63,715 bases of DNA, filler included, from Collodictyon triciliatum (GCA_043381765.1; 11 parts of 11 records of this genome joined end to end with filler, not necessarily neighbours in it); one strand, 5' to 3'; counted from the first letter of the whole stretch, positions 52,600 through 63,715 are shown. Translations and numbers: made by a program. Notes: generated by a model from the letters alone, not told the origin.

Positions 52600-55500
52600 T
52601 CTATTTGGCATTCTATCGGGTAGCTGTCTATTGAAAGAGAAAATGAAAACAGGGCTGGGATTTTCATAGCTGAAATTATGATTGAGCTCCATTTTACATC
52701 AAAGTTCGCCAAATATGACAAAACTTGGAAATGTGTGGAGAGGGATTTCAAGATTTGAATATTTCCCGTTCTTGTCTGCCTTGATTGCTCTATCATGAAG
52801 AAAACGAAGGCAAGTGGAATAAAAAAGCTCAGGAAAATCAAGAATATGTTCACTCCTTTCGGTGGGCATTTAGTGCAATAGACACCAGTTTTTCCGTATC
52901 CATTTTCACAAACACTACATAATGGCCCAGTGTATCCATCAGCACAAGTTTTGTTTCCTCCGTTACATGCGTTTTCATTCAAGCATTTATAGGCGACATA
53001 TTCTCCATTTGTAGTTTGAGCCTGCCAATATCCAGTGGCAACAGTTGGTTGACTGGTTCCTTCACATTCAAATCCCTCAGGACATGTTTTACAATATTTT
53101 AATCCATAATCATCGCTGTATGTATCTGAAGGACATTCGTAGCAGTTTCCTTGCTTTTCATACCACCCTGGTTTGCATTCACAAGTGGAGTTTCTTAACT
53201 CAAATCCCTGTTTGCATTCGCAATCGGTTGAATTCATCGAACCGTTGCTTTTTGTCGTAAATTTATCGCCACAAGACAAGCAGAAATTTGTGCCGTTTGT
53301 TGGTTTGTATGAGCCAAGTCTGCACGGAACACACTCACTTCCATCCTCAAATTTTCCCGGAGGACATGTGCAAATGCCATCATGTGACACATAACTATCT
53401 AAGCACTTGCAATCATCTATTGATTTGGAGCCTTCTTTTATTGTGGTTGAGCGTGTCGGACATGAGCTGCATGATGCGCTTCTTTCTGAGCTGTAGCTTC
53501 CATTTGGACATGAAATGCATGACGAATTATCAAAAGAGCCAGTTTTGTTGTTGAATGTACCAGCTTGACACGATGTGCATGATGCTTGACCATCTCTATC
53601 ATTCCAAGTACCTTCTGGACATTCAATACATGATTTGTTTCCATATGAGCCGGAGTTTGAGTTGAATGTGCCTTTTGGACAAGCATAGCATGAGTTCGAG
53701 TCTTTAATGATGTCTTCTTTTTGATAGAGTCCTGATAAGCATAAGCTGCATGAAGCGCTTCTTTCGGAGCTGTAGCTTCCATTCGGACATGAAAAGCATG
53801 ATGATTGATTGTATGAGCCAGATTTGTTGTTGAATGTCCCAGCTGGGCATGATGTGCATGATGCTTGACCATCCTTATCATTCCAGGTACCTTGTGGACA
53901 TTCAATGCATGATTTGTTTCCGTAAGAGCCGGAGTTTGTGTTGAATGTACCTTTTGGACAAGCGTAGCGTGATTTTGAGTCTTTTATTCCTTCTTTTTGG
54001 TAGAATCCTGATAAGCATAAGCTGCATGATGCGCTTCTCTCTGAGCTGTAGCTTCCATTGTGACATGGTATACATGATGATTGGTTGAATGAGCCACTTT
54101 TATCGTTGAATGCACCAGCTGGACATGATGTGCATGATGCTTGACCGTCTCTATCATTCCAAGTGCCTTGTGGACATTCAATGCATGATTTGTTTCCATA
54201 TGAGCCGGGGTTTGAGTTGAATGTGCCTTTTGGACAGGCATAGCATGATTTTGAATCTTTTGTGATTCCTTCTTTTTGATAGAATCCTGATAAGCATAGA
54301 CTACATGAAGCGCTTCTCCGGCTGAACTGTAGCTTCCATTTGGACATGAAATGCATGATGATTGATCGAACGAGCCACTTCTGTTGTTGAATGTACCAAC
54401 TGGACATGGTGTGCATGATGCTTGACCATTTCTATCATTCCAAGTACCTTGTGGACATTCAATGCATGATTTGTTTCCATATGAGCCGGAGTTTGAGTTG
54501 AATATGCCTTTTGGACAAGAATAGCATGATTTTGAGCCTTTTATGAAACCTTCTTTTTGGTAGAATCCTGATAAGCATAGACTGCATGATGCGCTTCTTA
54601 ATGAGCTGTAGCTTCCGTCTGGACATGACATGCAGGATGATTGATTAAATGAGCCAGTTTTGTCGTTGAATGTGCCAGCTGGGCATGATTTGCAATCATC
54701 TCTGTAATCATTACCATAAGTTCCTGCAGGACATTTAACACATGATGATTTTTCTGTAGAACCAAATTTTGGGTTATAAGTACCATCTGTACAGTTGATG
54801 CACGAGTGTTGGCCGATATGTGGATTGTATGAGCCAGGCTGGCATAGTTCACACGTTGATTCGCCAGACTTTGATGAAAATCTTCCTCTTGGACATAGCT
54901 GACAGCCGCTTATACTCTTTGATGCAACATTGGGATTGTGGGAACCAGCCGGACATTTTTCACAGGTGATTGATTTTGTTTTGTTTGAGTAAGTTCCAGT
55001 GAGGCATGGACTACAAAATTGCTTTCCTTCCTCATTGATGAAATAACCAGCAGGACAATCGAAGCAGCTTGACTTTCCATCGACGCTGTTGTATGTTCCA
55101 GGTTCACATAGCAGACAGGATGAATTTCCAGTACCTCTGATGGTTGGATTGAATGTTCCTGCAGGGCATGGAGCACACAACTTATCTCCTGCATTGCTGT
55201 AAAATCCAGCAGTACAATTATTACACGATACTCAACCCTTGAAATTATTGAACGCTCCAGCTTCGCATTTTTTGCATACTGATTGGCCCAAAAGATAATT
55301 GTATGTCCCTTCCTCACAGAGAAGACAATCTATAAGGCTTGTTGAACCAGTTGATGGATTATAAGTTCCAGTTGGACATAATAAACAAGAGGTGAGCTCA
55401 TTTCCATTATTGTAAGAGCCAGTCGGACATTTTTCGCATGCATTTGATTGCTGGTTGAAAAAAGTATCCTCCTTGGCATGGACTCCAGACTTTGATAAAT

Positions 55501-56672
55501 GTGTCTGTGCTTGCTGAAATTATTTTCGAATCAAGAGTTGCAAAAACACAATTAACGGAACCGGTGTGACTCAAAAGTGTTCGAATTCCTCTTCCATCTG
55601 ATATTGTCCATATTTTGACTGATTTATCACTGCTTCCAGAGTACAGTTTTGTTCCATCAGTTGATATTGAAATGCTATTTAATGAGCTTAAATGTCCCAT
55701 GAGGGTTCTAATTAACATGCCATCTGATACGTTCCAAATTTTGATTGTGTTATCGCTGCTTCCAGAGAGGATTCTTGTTCCATCTGGAGAAGTAATGACG
55801 CATCTGACAGCATTTCCGTGACCGGTTATGGTTCCTATTAATGCTCCATCTGATAAATTCCATATTTTCATTGAAAAATCAGCACTGCCTGATATTATTT
55901 TGCTGTTATCAGGAATGATAAAAACAGAATTCACTCCTTTTGTATGTCCAGATAATGTTCGAGTTAAAATTCCATCTGAAACTCTCCAAATATTTATATT
56001 CTTATCATCGCCTCCTGATACTATAAGATAACTATCTGATGTTATTGAAACGCTTCGACCAGCTGAAGTATGTCCGCTTAATGTTTTTAATAGTAAACCA
56101 TCCGAGAAATTCCACATTTTTATTGTGCTATTACTGCTTCCTGACACTATTTTTGTTCCATCAGCCGAAACAACTACACTATTCACAGCACTTACATGGG
56201 CATTTATCGAAAGAGCTTGGGAACCATCGGCATAATTCCAGATCCTTACTGTGTTATCGCTACCTCCTGACACAATTTTCGTTTATCTGGGCTTAAAGAA
56301 ACGCTATTCACTGAAGTTGAGTGGCCTGAAACAGTCAAAATCAAACTGAAATCAGGAAAATTCCACAATTTTATTTATGTGTCATCGCTTCCTGACAAAG
56401 ATTTCGTGCCATAAGAGAGGACTGATATTCCATTTATTTGACCTCTATCTTCATTCACAATTTATTGTGACTCCATTAAAAAAATTACATATTCTTATAG
56501 TATTATCACTGCTTCCAGAAATAATCTTTGAGCCATCAGTAGAAATTGAAACAGTGTTTACTATTCCGGTGTGCCCATTGAGTGTGCAAATTAATCTCCC
56601 ATCTAACATGCTTGTTATTTTTATTGTCTTGTCACTGCTTCCAAAGACAATTTTTGTTCCATCTGGTTTTAT
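52600..56672 (-). pseudogene. Intronless WD40 + Cys-rich (GCC2/GCC3, ephrin-receptor-like) repeat + multi-TM protein gene, disrupted
   Basis: WD40 repeats (GH..SV..V....DG.KI.SGS.D.TIKIW) at 56672-55480, then CPAGTY-type repeats, then PTVATGYWQ..C..GYTGPLCSVCENGYG and TM segments. Lesions: frameshifts near 56282, 55460 (T6 run) and 54320 (+2), and an in-frame TGA at ~55232. Confidence 0.85.
53460..54690 (-). repeat. Near-identical internal tandem repeat, ~279-bp (93-aa) unit, ~4.4 copies
   Basis: Anchor TGGACA.G..TAGC.TGA recurs at 53676, 53955, 54231 and 54512 (spacings 279, 276, 281). Confidence 0.9.
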
Positions 56673-58330
56673 TACAACGTCCTTGTCAAATGTCTTTTCA
56701 ATTCGGTCCATAAACAATTGTTCACTTCTTTATATATTAACATACTGTCTCCATTTCATCTTTCGAAAAGTCACTTGTTCATAAAATCTGGAAAGATCTG
56801 TCTGGTATCTTGATTTCATAGATACATATTTTCGAAATTTTTCATTATCGACCGTTCATGAATTATGTTTACTAATTTGTCTCTAATCGATTAAAGATAC
56901 TGTCAATGTATCAAACTGCTGATTATCTTCAAAATTCGTAGCACCAAAAGAAATAGAATTTTGTAAATCTGCTGCCATGTTTATCCCTGAAGGCATTGCA
57001 CTTTTTTCTCGCGCAAGAGTATGTTGTGATTTTTAAGAGATTTGCTGTCATGTCTTGTTTGGTGTGCTGTGTAACATAATTTCTTACCTGTTTCATCCAC
57101 CATGTAAACCAAATTAAACTTACCTGTGTTCATTCCAACTATTTTTTTGTCGCTAATAAATAAAACTGCTCTACAGAAAGTTCATGTATATAAACATATT
57201 CTTGAGTTTTTGATTTTGATTGAATTTTGAATTTGAAATATCTTTCTTTTTCAAATAATAATAACTGCCAAGCTATCTGTTTGTATCATGTATTTAAAAT
57301 TGTACTCTGTTTGATGAAAGTCCTTCTTCTTCATTTCAAAGAACTCATCCCATAGTGTCTCCTTTCAACCTGATATATTCTTCAGTAATGATGTTTTTCG
57401 GACAATACTAATAGATATATCAAAAATGCAGTATCTTAAGTAATATGACATGATATATTGTTAGTTCTTATGGAGATTGGTTGAAACAGTTTGGTTCCGA
57501 TGTCCTCAAAAATGTGATTCCTGTAAATAAAAAATGGTTTGTACTTATTTGGATTGACTTTGACGTTATATTCGATACCATTTACAATATCGCTGGGAAT
57601 GATATGATGAAAATGCGATGTAGCCCATTATTTGTGTTTTTACGGTATTTCGAGATTCTTGAAGATGGCTTTTTTAACTTTTGTAACTCTTGTCGTGAAT
57701 AAAAAAAAACTTTTGTAACTCTGCCCTTTTTAATAGCATTCGTCATATTCTCATCTTAAGGATAATGTTTGATTTATAAAGCGCAATAGCCTCTTTACAA
57801 AATGTTCCTTAATTTTATAGTGTGATAAGCTGTTAACATTAGCTTTGCCAAGGACGGTAGTACACGAGACAGTCCAAACAATGGAAAGCATTCTTTTCGG
57901 GACAAAAGGAATAGAAAATCATAGAAATAAAAAGTCACAATGTCATCTCTCATAACTGGATTATTTTTTTTAATCTTGCGGGTCTATCTTGTGAAACTAT
58001 TCCGACTGACTTTAAAGCGTACAAAAAACTTTTCATCGATTGTTGGGAGTTGTGATTTCAATATGTAACATCTTGCAAACAGATAAGTGTCGGTAACCAA
58101 ATTATGGCACAATAAAACCGTATCGTTGATTTTGTCATAGTCATTCGCATTCTTTACAATCGGCTCCAGAGATGTTTTCACATTAAGATAGTCTGTTTTT
58201 ACAGATTTTAGATTCTCAAACTCAAGGCGTTTTCTTTTCTTCATTTGAACGTCTTTTTTTACTTTTTTTCTTTAGGAAACTACCGAGTTTTCAATTTAAT
58301 AAAACATTAGTCAATCAGTCAATTTAATGA
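56673..58330 (-). mobile_element. Fanzor1 element copy 1 (decayed; 3' part including RuvC-II/III deleted)
   Basis: ATG at 58244 gives MKKRKRLE..NVKTSLEPIVKN..KINDTVLLCHNLVTDTYLFARCY, then YMIQTDS.AV, KK/IVGMNTGKFNLVYMVDETG and RQY..K.EQLFMDRIEKTFDKDVV. Many frameshifts and stops; homologous to copies 2 and 3. Confidence 0.85.
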
Positions 58331-59766
58331 ATACAAACAACAGTATAAAATCAATTTATGTAAAATTAAGCATCTACCGAAACTTTCAAAATATGCGCAT
58401 TGTGGCAAACAAACACATAAAGTTTTTTTTAGTAAGTGATTGGAGACAAAACGCTGGGAGCTGATTCGGCGAGTTCGAAAGGACGGCGGTATAGCCATTG
58501 CAGCTGAAAGTCAAGATATCGGCCCCAAACAACATTATTATCGCCACAAGTGTGGATAGTGTGCTTTTTTGAAATGCATGTTTGATGGCAGGTTATAGGG
58601 TGGGTTCTGTCTGGGACAAGGTAAGGGCTTGTTTGTCATCCTTGAATTTTAATGATGATATTGTATAATGGATAATAAAATAAAAATTGATTATAGGAAT
58701 AGAATGAGATTATTAAGTATTTTTAATCTTTATTATATATACTAATCAAACTACTATATTATTCAGGTTGTTTCTTGGATTCATTAAAGCACTTGCTTTT
58801 GTCAACCCAGATTTAATTCGATGGTTGTCTGTGCAATAAACTGGACTATATATGTGTACACTTTCGTTGTATAGAAAGGTTGTGTTTTGAAAGGGGTAAA
58901 ACCAACCTCGTCACAACCTTTGTTATGAATTTTATCCATTTACAGGCTGAATGAGACCGAAGATAAATGAAAAGAAAAAGAAAAAGAAAAAGAAAAAGAA
59001 AAAGAAAAAGAAAAAGAAAAAGAAAAAGAAAAAGAAAAAGAAAAAGAAAAAGAAAAATAGAAANNNNNNNNNNNNNNNNNNNNNNNNNNNNNNNNNNNNN
59101 NNNNNNNTTAATTAATTAANNNNNNNNNNNNNNNNNNNNNNNNNNNNNNNNNNNNNNNNNNNNAAAAGAAAATAAAAGAAAATAAAAGAAAATAAAAGAA
59201 AATAAAAGAAAATAAAAGAAAATAAAAGAAAATAAAAGAAAATAAAAGAAAATAAAAGAAAAGAAAATAAAATAAAAGAAAAGAAAAGAAAAGAAAATAA
59301 AAGAAAAGAAAAGAAAAGAAGAAAAATGAAAAAAATGAAAAAAATGAAAAAATGAAAAAATGAAAAAAATGAAAAAAATGAAAAAAGAAAAAAGAAAAAA
59401 AGAAAAAAGAAAAGAAAAATGAAAAATGAAAAAAGAAAAATGAAAAATGAAAAATTGAAAATGAAAATGAAAAAAAAAGAAAAAGAGAAGAATGAGGGAA
59501 AACGGCCAGGGAGATTCATTTGCCAGTGAGCAGACTGGTGATCATTGGCAAAACACCGTATTGGCACTGCAACAGACGCGAGATAGCCGGTCGTGCGACT
59601 TGTCGCATTACTGGTATGCAGGGAAGCATTAGCACAGAATTTTTAAAAAAAATTCCAGAATAAACCACCGTTACTTTTTAGTGATGTCGTCTCCAAACAT
59701 GTCGCGTTTTCTGCGTTTACATAAATTGTATGGCACAAACGGCTTCACATGCTCTGTTTTATAGTC

Positions 59767-59890
59767 CTAGGCTGTAAGATATACCAATCAAAAGATTGGT
59801 AAACGTGGTGCGCTAGTATCAAAGGTCTCACCACTTTTTTTCACAAAGATTGTGTAGTGGTGAAGGCTGCCAGGAAAGACCCGACAGCCT
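59767..59890 (-). ncRNA. Candidate Fanzor omega-RNA scaffold (three stem-loops, possible pseudoknot)
   Basis: Just 3' of the RuvC-III region: AGGCTGTCGGG-TCTTT-CCTGGCAGCCT (59890-59864), TCACCACT..CACAA-TCT-TTGTG..AGTGGTGA (59863-59828), then GACC complementary to GGTC of stem-loop 1, then TACCAATC-TTTT-GATTGGTA (59801-59782). The position is where TnpB/Fanzor omega-RNAs lie; boundaries are inferred. Confidence 0.6.
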
Positions 59891-61670
59891 ATTTTTTAAA
59901 AGAAGGTGTATGCATATTTTGAAGGATTGAAAGTTCTTTGTTGAGTATATTTTAGCGCTGTTAAAGTCCCTTGTCAAGAATATAGTTTGTTTGCTTTCTG
60001 GGCGATTGCATTCTTTACATATGGGACATCTATACACTTTTTTCCTATTTCCTTTCAGTGTCATATATTACAGTTCTTTTTCGCAGATACAGCACACCTT
60101 GGAGGTTCTAAATTCATCTGCACTAACTGTTTCAAAAAGTTTGGATAGTATTTTTCGTAATCCTCTTCTGATTGTTGGCATAAAATGCTTCATCTGAGAT
60201 TTTCTGCTCCAGTCTCCATACGCCAGTACAACATCATCGCCCAAATGTCTTTTCGATTCGGACCATAAACAATTCTTCACTTCTTTTTGTATTAACATAC
60301 TGTCTCCATCTTTGAATCGAATAAAGGAAAAAAAAAAAAAAAACATTGTCTCCATATCATCTTTCGAAAAGTTACTTGTTAATAAAATCTGGATAATTCT
60401 ATCTGGTATCTTGATTTCATAGGTATATATTTTCGAAATTGTTCATAATCGACCGTGAATGAATTATGTTTACCCAGTTCTGTCTCTAAATCGATTAAAG
60501 ATACTCTTGATGTCTTAAACCGCTGATTCTCTTCAAAAGTCCTGTGACCAAAAAGAAATAGCACTTTGTAAATCTGTTGCCATGTATATCCCTGAATCAT
60601 TGTAATTTTTTCTTTTTTTCTCGCACAAGAGTATGTTGTGATTTTTAAGAGGTTTGCTATCATGTCTTTTTTGGTGCGGTGTAACGTAATTTCTTACCTG
60701 TCTCGTCCACCATGTAAACCAAATTAAACTTGCCTGCGTTCACTCCAACTATTTTTTTGTCGCTAATAAAGATAACTGCTCTTCGGAAAGTTCATCTATA
60801 TAAACATATTCTTGGGTATTTGGATTATATTTGAATTTTGAATTTGAAATAGCTTTCTTTTCAAATAATATTGACACCGCCAAGCCGTCTGTTTGTATCA
60901 TATATTTTAAATTGCAGTCTCTTTGATGAAGGACTCTCTTCTTCATTTCAAAGAAATTATCTCATAGGGTCTCTTTGCATCCTGATATATTCTTCTTTAA
61001 TACTGTTTTTCTAGTTGATCCTAATACATCTATCAAAATGCAATATCTAGAGTAATATGACATGGTATATTGTTAGTTCTTATAGGGATTGGTTGAAGCA
61101 GTTTGGTTTCAATGCCCTCAAAAATGCAATTCATGTAAATCAGACACGGAATGTACTTATTTGGATTGACTTTGATGTTATATTCGATACCTTTTACAAT
61201 ATTGCTGGGAATGATATGATGCAAATGCATTGTAGCCCATTCTTTGTATTGTTCCAGTATTTCGAGATTCTTGAAGATGGATTTTTTAACTTTCGTAATT
61301 CTGCTTTTTTAATAGCTTCCGTAATATTCTCATCTTTAGGAACTGTTTGATTTACAAAGCACAGTAACCTCTTTACAAAATGTTCCTTAATCTTATTATG
61401 ATAAGCTGTTAACATTTGCTTCACCAAGTACGGTAATACATGAGACAGTCTAACCAACGGAGAGCGTTCTTCTTGAGACAAAAGGAATCGGAAATCATAG
61501 AGATAAAAAAAGTCATCATGTCATATTTCATTTCTGGTTTTTTATTTTTTTTTTTAAAAAAAACTTACGGGTCTATCTTGTGAAACTATTCCGACGGTCT
61601 TTAAAGCGCACAGCCCCCCCCCCCCCCCCCCCCACCTTTTTAAAAAAAAAAAAAAACTATCATAGATTGT
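59767..61670 (-). mobile_element. Fanzor1 element copy 2 (decayed; 5' end lost at gap, 3' end present)
   Basis: YMIQTDGLAVSILF, RuvC-I VGVNAGKFNLVYMVD, VVLAYGDWSRKSQMKHFMPT, RuvC-II ADEFRTSKVCCIC, second Cys pair CPICKEC and RuvC-III TRDFNSA: the TnpB/Fanzor1 motif order. Confidence 0.9.
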
Positions 61671-61784
61671 CATCTAAAAAAAAANNNNNNNNNNNNNNNN
61701 NNNNNNNNNNNNNNNNNNNNNNNNNNNNTTAATTAATTAANNNNNNNNNNNNNNNNNNNNNNNNNNNNNNNNNNNNNNNNNNNN

Positions 61785-61829
<45 letters not shown>

Positions 61830-61834
61830 TTTTA

Positions 61835-63660
61835 TTAAATTGACTAATTGATTGAAGTTTTATTAAAATTGAAAACTCGGTAGTTTTCTAAAGGAAAAGG
61901 TAAAACAAAGACTTTCAGATAAAGAAAAGAAATCGTCTTGAGTCTGAGAATCTAAAGTCTGTAAAACCAGACTATCGAAATGTGAAAACATCTCTCAAGT
62001 TGATTGTAAAGAATGTGGATGACTATTACAAAACCAACGATACTGTTTTGTTATGTCATAATTTGGTTACCGACACTTATCTGTTTGCAAGATGTTACAT
62101 ATGGAAATCACAACAACTCCCAACAATCGATGAAATAGTTTTTTTTTTGTACGGTTTAAAGACAGTCGGAGTAGTTTCACAAGATAGACCCTCAAGATTA
62201 AGAAAAAAAAAACCAAAAATGAGAAATGACATGATGAGTTTTTATCTCAATGATTTCCGATTTCTTTTGTCCCCAGGAGAACGCTCTCCGTTGGTTGGAC
62301 TGTCTCGTGTATCATTGTGCTTGGCGAAGCAAATGTTAACAACTTATCGTAATAGCATTAAGGAACATTTTGTAAAGAGGTTTCTGCGCTTTATAAATGA
62401 AACAGTACCTAAATATGAGAATATTACGGAAGCTATTTAAAAGACAGATACAAAAGTTAAAAAAAGCCATCTTCAAGAAACTCGAAATACCAGAGCAATA
62501 TAAAGAATTGATTAAACGCATTTGCATGAATCATTCCCAGCGGTATTGTAAATGGTATCGAATACGACGCCAAAGTCCATCCAAATAAGGACATTCCATG
62601 TCTGATTCACATGTATTGCATTTTTGGGGCATTGGAGCCAAACTTTTTCAATCAATCTCTATAAGAACTAACAATATACCATGTTATATTACTCAAGATA
62701 CGGTATGTTTGATAGAGCTATGTATTAAGCGGAAAAACATCATTAATGAAGAATATATCCGGATGCAAGGAAACCCTATTGGATGATTTCTTTGAAATGA
62801 AGAAGAGGGTCTTTCATCAAACAGACTGCAATATTTAATACACAATACAAACAGACGGCTTGGCGGTGTCATTATTGTTTGAGAAGAAAGGTATTTCGAT
62901 TTCAAAATTCAAGTATAATAAAATATAGTTCCAAGAATATGTTTATATAGATCAACTTTCCGAAGAGCAATTTTCTTTATTAGTGACAAAAAAAATAGTT
63001 GGAGTGGATGCAGGTAAGTTTAATTTTGTTTACATGGTGGACGAGACAGGTAAGAAATTACGTTATACGGCTCACCAAAGACATGATAGCAAATCTCTTA
63101 ATAGTCACAAAATACTCTTGCGCGAGAAAAAAGTAAAGTACAAGGATTTTGGGGTATACATGGCAACAGGTTTTAAAAGTGATATTTCTTTTGGTCAAAT
63201 GACTTTTGAAGAGAATCAGCAGTTTGAGACATTAAGAGTATCTTTAATCGATTTAGAGACAGAACTGTGTAAACATAATTCATACCGGTCGATTATGAAT
63301 AATTTCGAAAATATGTATCTATGAAATCAAGATGTCAGATAGAATTATCCAAACTTTATGAACAAGTAACTTTTCGAAAGTTGGGATGGAGGCAGTATGT
63401 TAATACAAAAAAAGTGAACAATTGTTTATGGACTGAATCGAAAAGACATTTGGCAAGGATGTTGTAGTGGCCTATGGAGACTGGAGCAGAAAATGTCAGA
63501 TGAAACATTTTATGCCAACAATCGGAAGAGGATTATGAAAAACACTATCCGAACGTTTTGAACAAGTTAGTGTAGATGAATTTAGAACCTTCAAGATATG
63601 CTGCAACTTCGAAAAAGAACTGGAATACATGCCACCGAAAGGAAATACAAAAAAAAAAAA
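61835..63660 (+). mobile_element. Fanzor1 element copy 3 (decayed; homology fades into A-rich sequence near window end)
   Basis: Same 5' leader as copy 1 (ATTAAATTGACT..TTGAAAACTCGGTAGTTT), start codon mutated to ATA, NVKTSLKLIVKN, intact RuvC-I KKIVGVDAGKFNFVYMVD, VVVAYGDWSRKCQMKHFMPTIG and RuvC-II SVDEFRTFKICC. Multiple frameshifts and stops. Confidence 0.9.
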
Positions 63661-63715
63661 AAAAAAAAAGGAGTAAAGAAGTGTAAAAAGTAAAAAAAAA
63701 AAACACACAAAAAAT

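Noticed and set aside
55230-55236. In-frame TGA as selenocysteine or an alternative genetic code
   Set aside because: Not at a Cys position, the gene also has frameshifts, and conserved genes here translate with the standard code.

Overview
AT-rich, intron-dense eukaryotic (protist-like) genomic DNA. It is not one locus: about ten unrelated ~6.5-kb contigs are joined by an artificial 100-nt spacer (N44-TTAATTAATTAA-N44) and ordered by decreasing length, so most genes are cut at contig ends, usually at microsatellites. Spliced genes recognised by manual exon translation: a Gap1/IQGAP-type RasGAP, chorismate synthase, Tim9, malate synthase, Ubc4/5-type E2, FHIP/FAM160, a PH/coiled-coil protein, a large secreted Cys-rich protein, a possible Get2/CAML start and a possible RNase PH-like subunit. 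There is also a tRNA-Ala(CGC) and an intronless NHL-repeat gene. Highlights: (i) three decayed copies of a Fanzor1 (eukaryotic TnpB-like RNA-guided nuclease) element, one with a structured candidate omega-RNA at its 3' end, two sharing the same inactivating lesions, and one fused in frame to a decayed WD40/Cys-rich membrane-protein gene; (ii) a TM-C1-TM-C2 adenylyl-cyclase-like protein lacking the catalytic residues; (iii) a Raw/OLRN-1-like protein with two NDT/TIR-fold-like repeats separated by an EF-hand pair. Family calls rest on motif recognition by eye; no searches were run.
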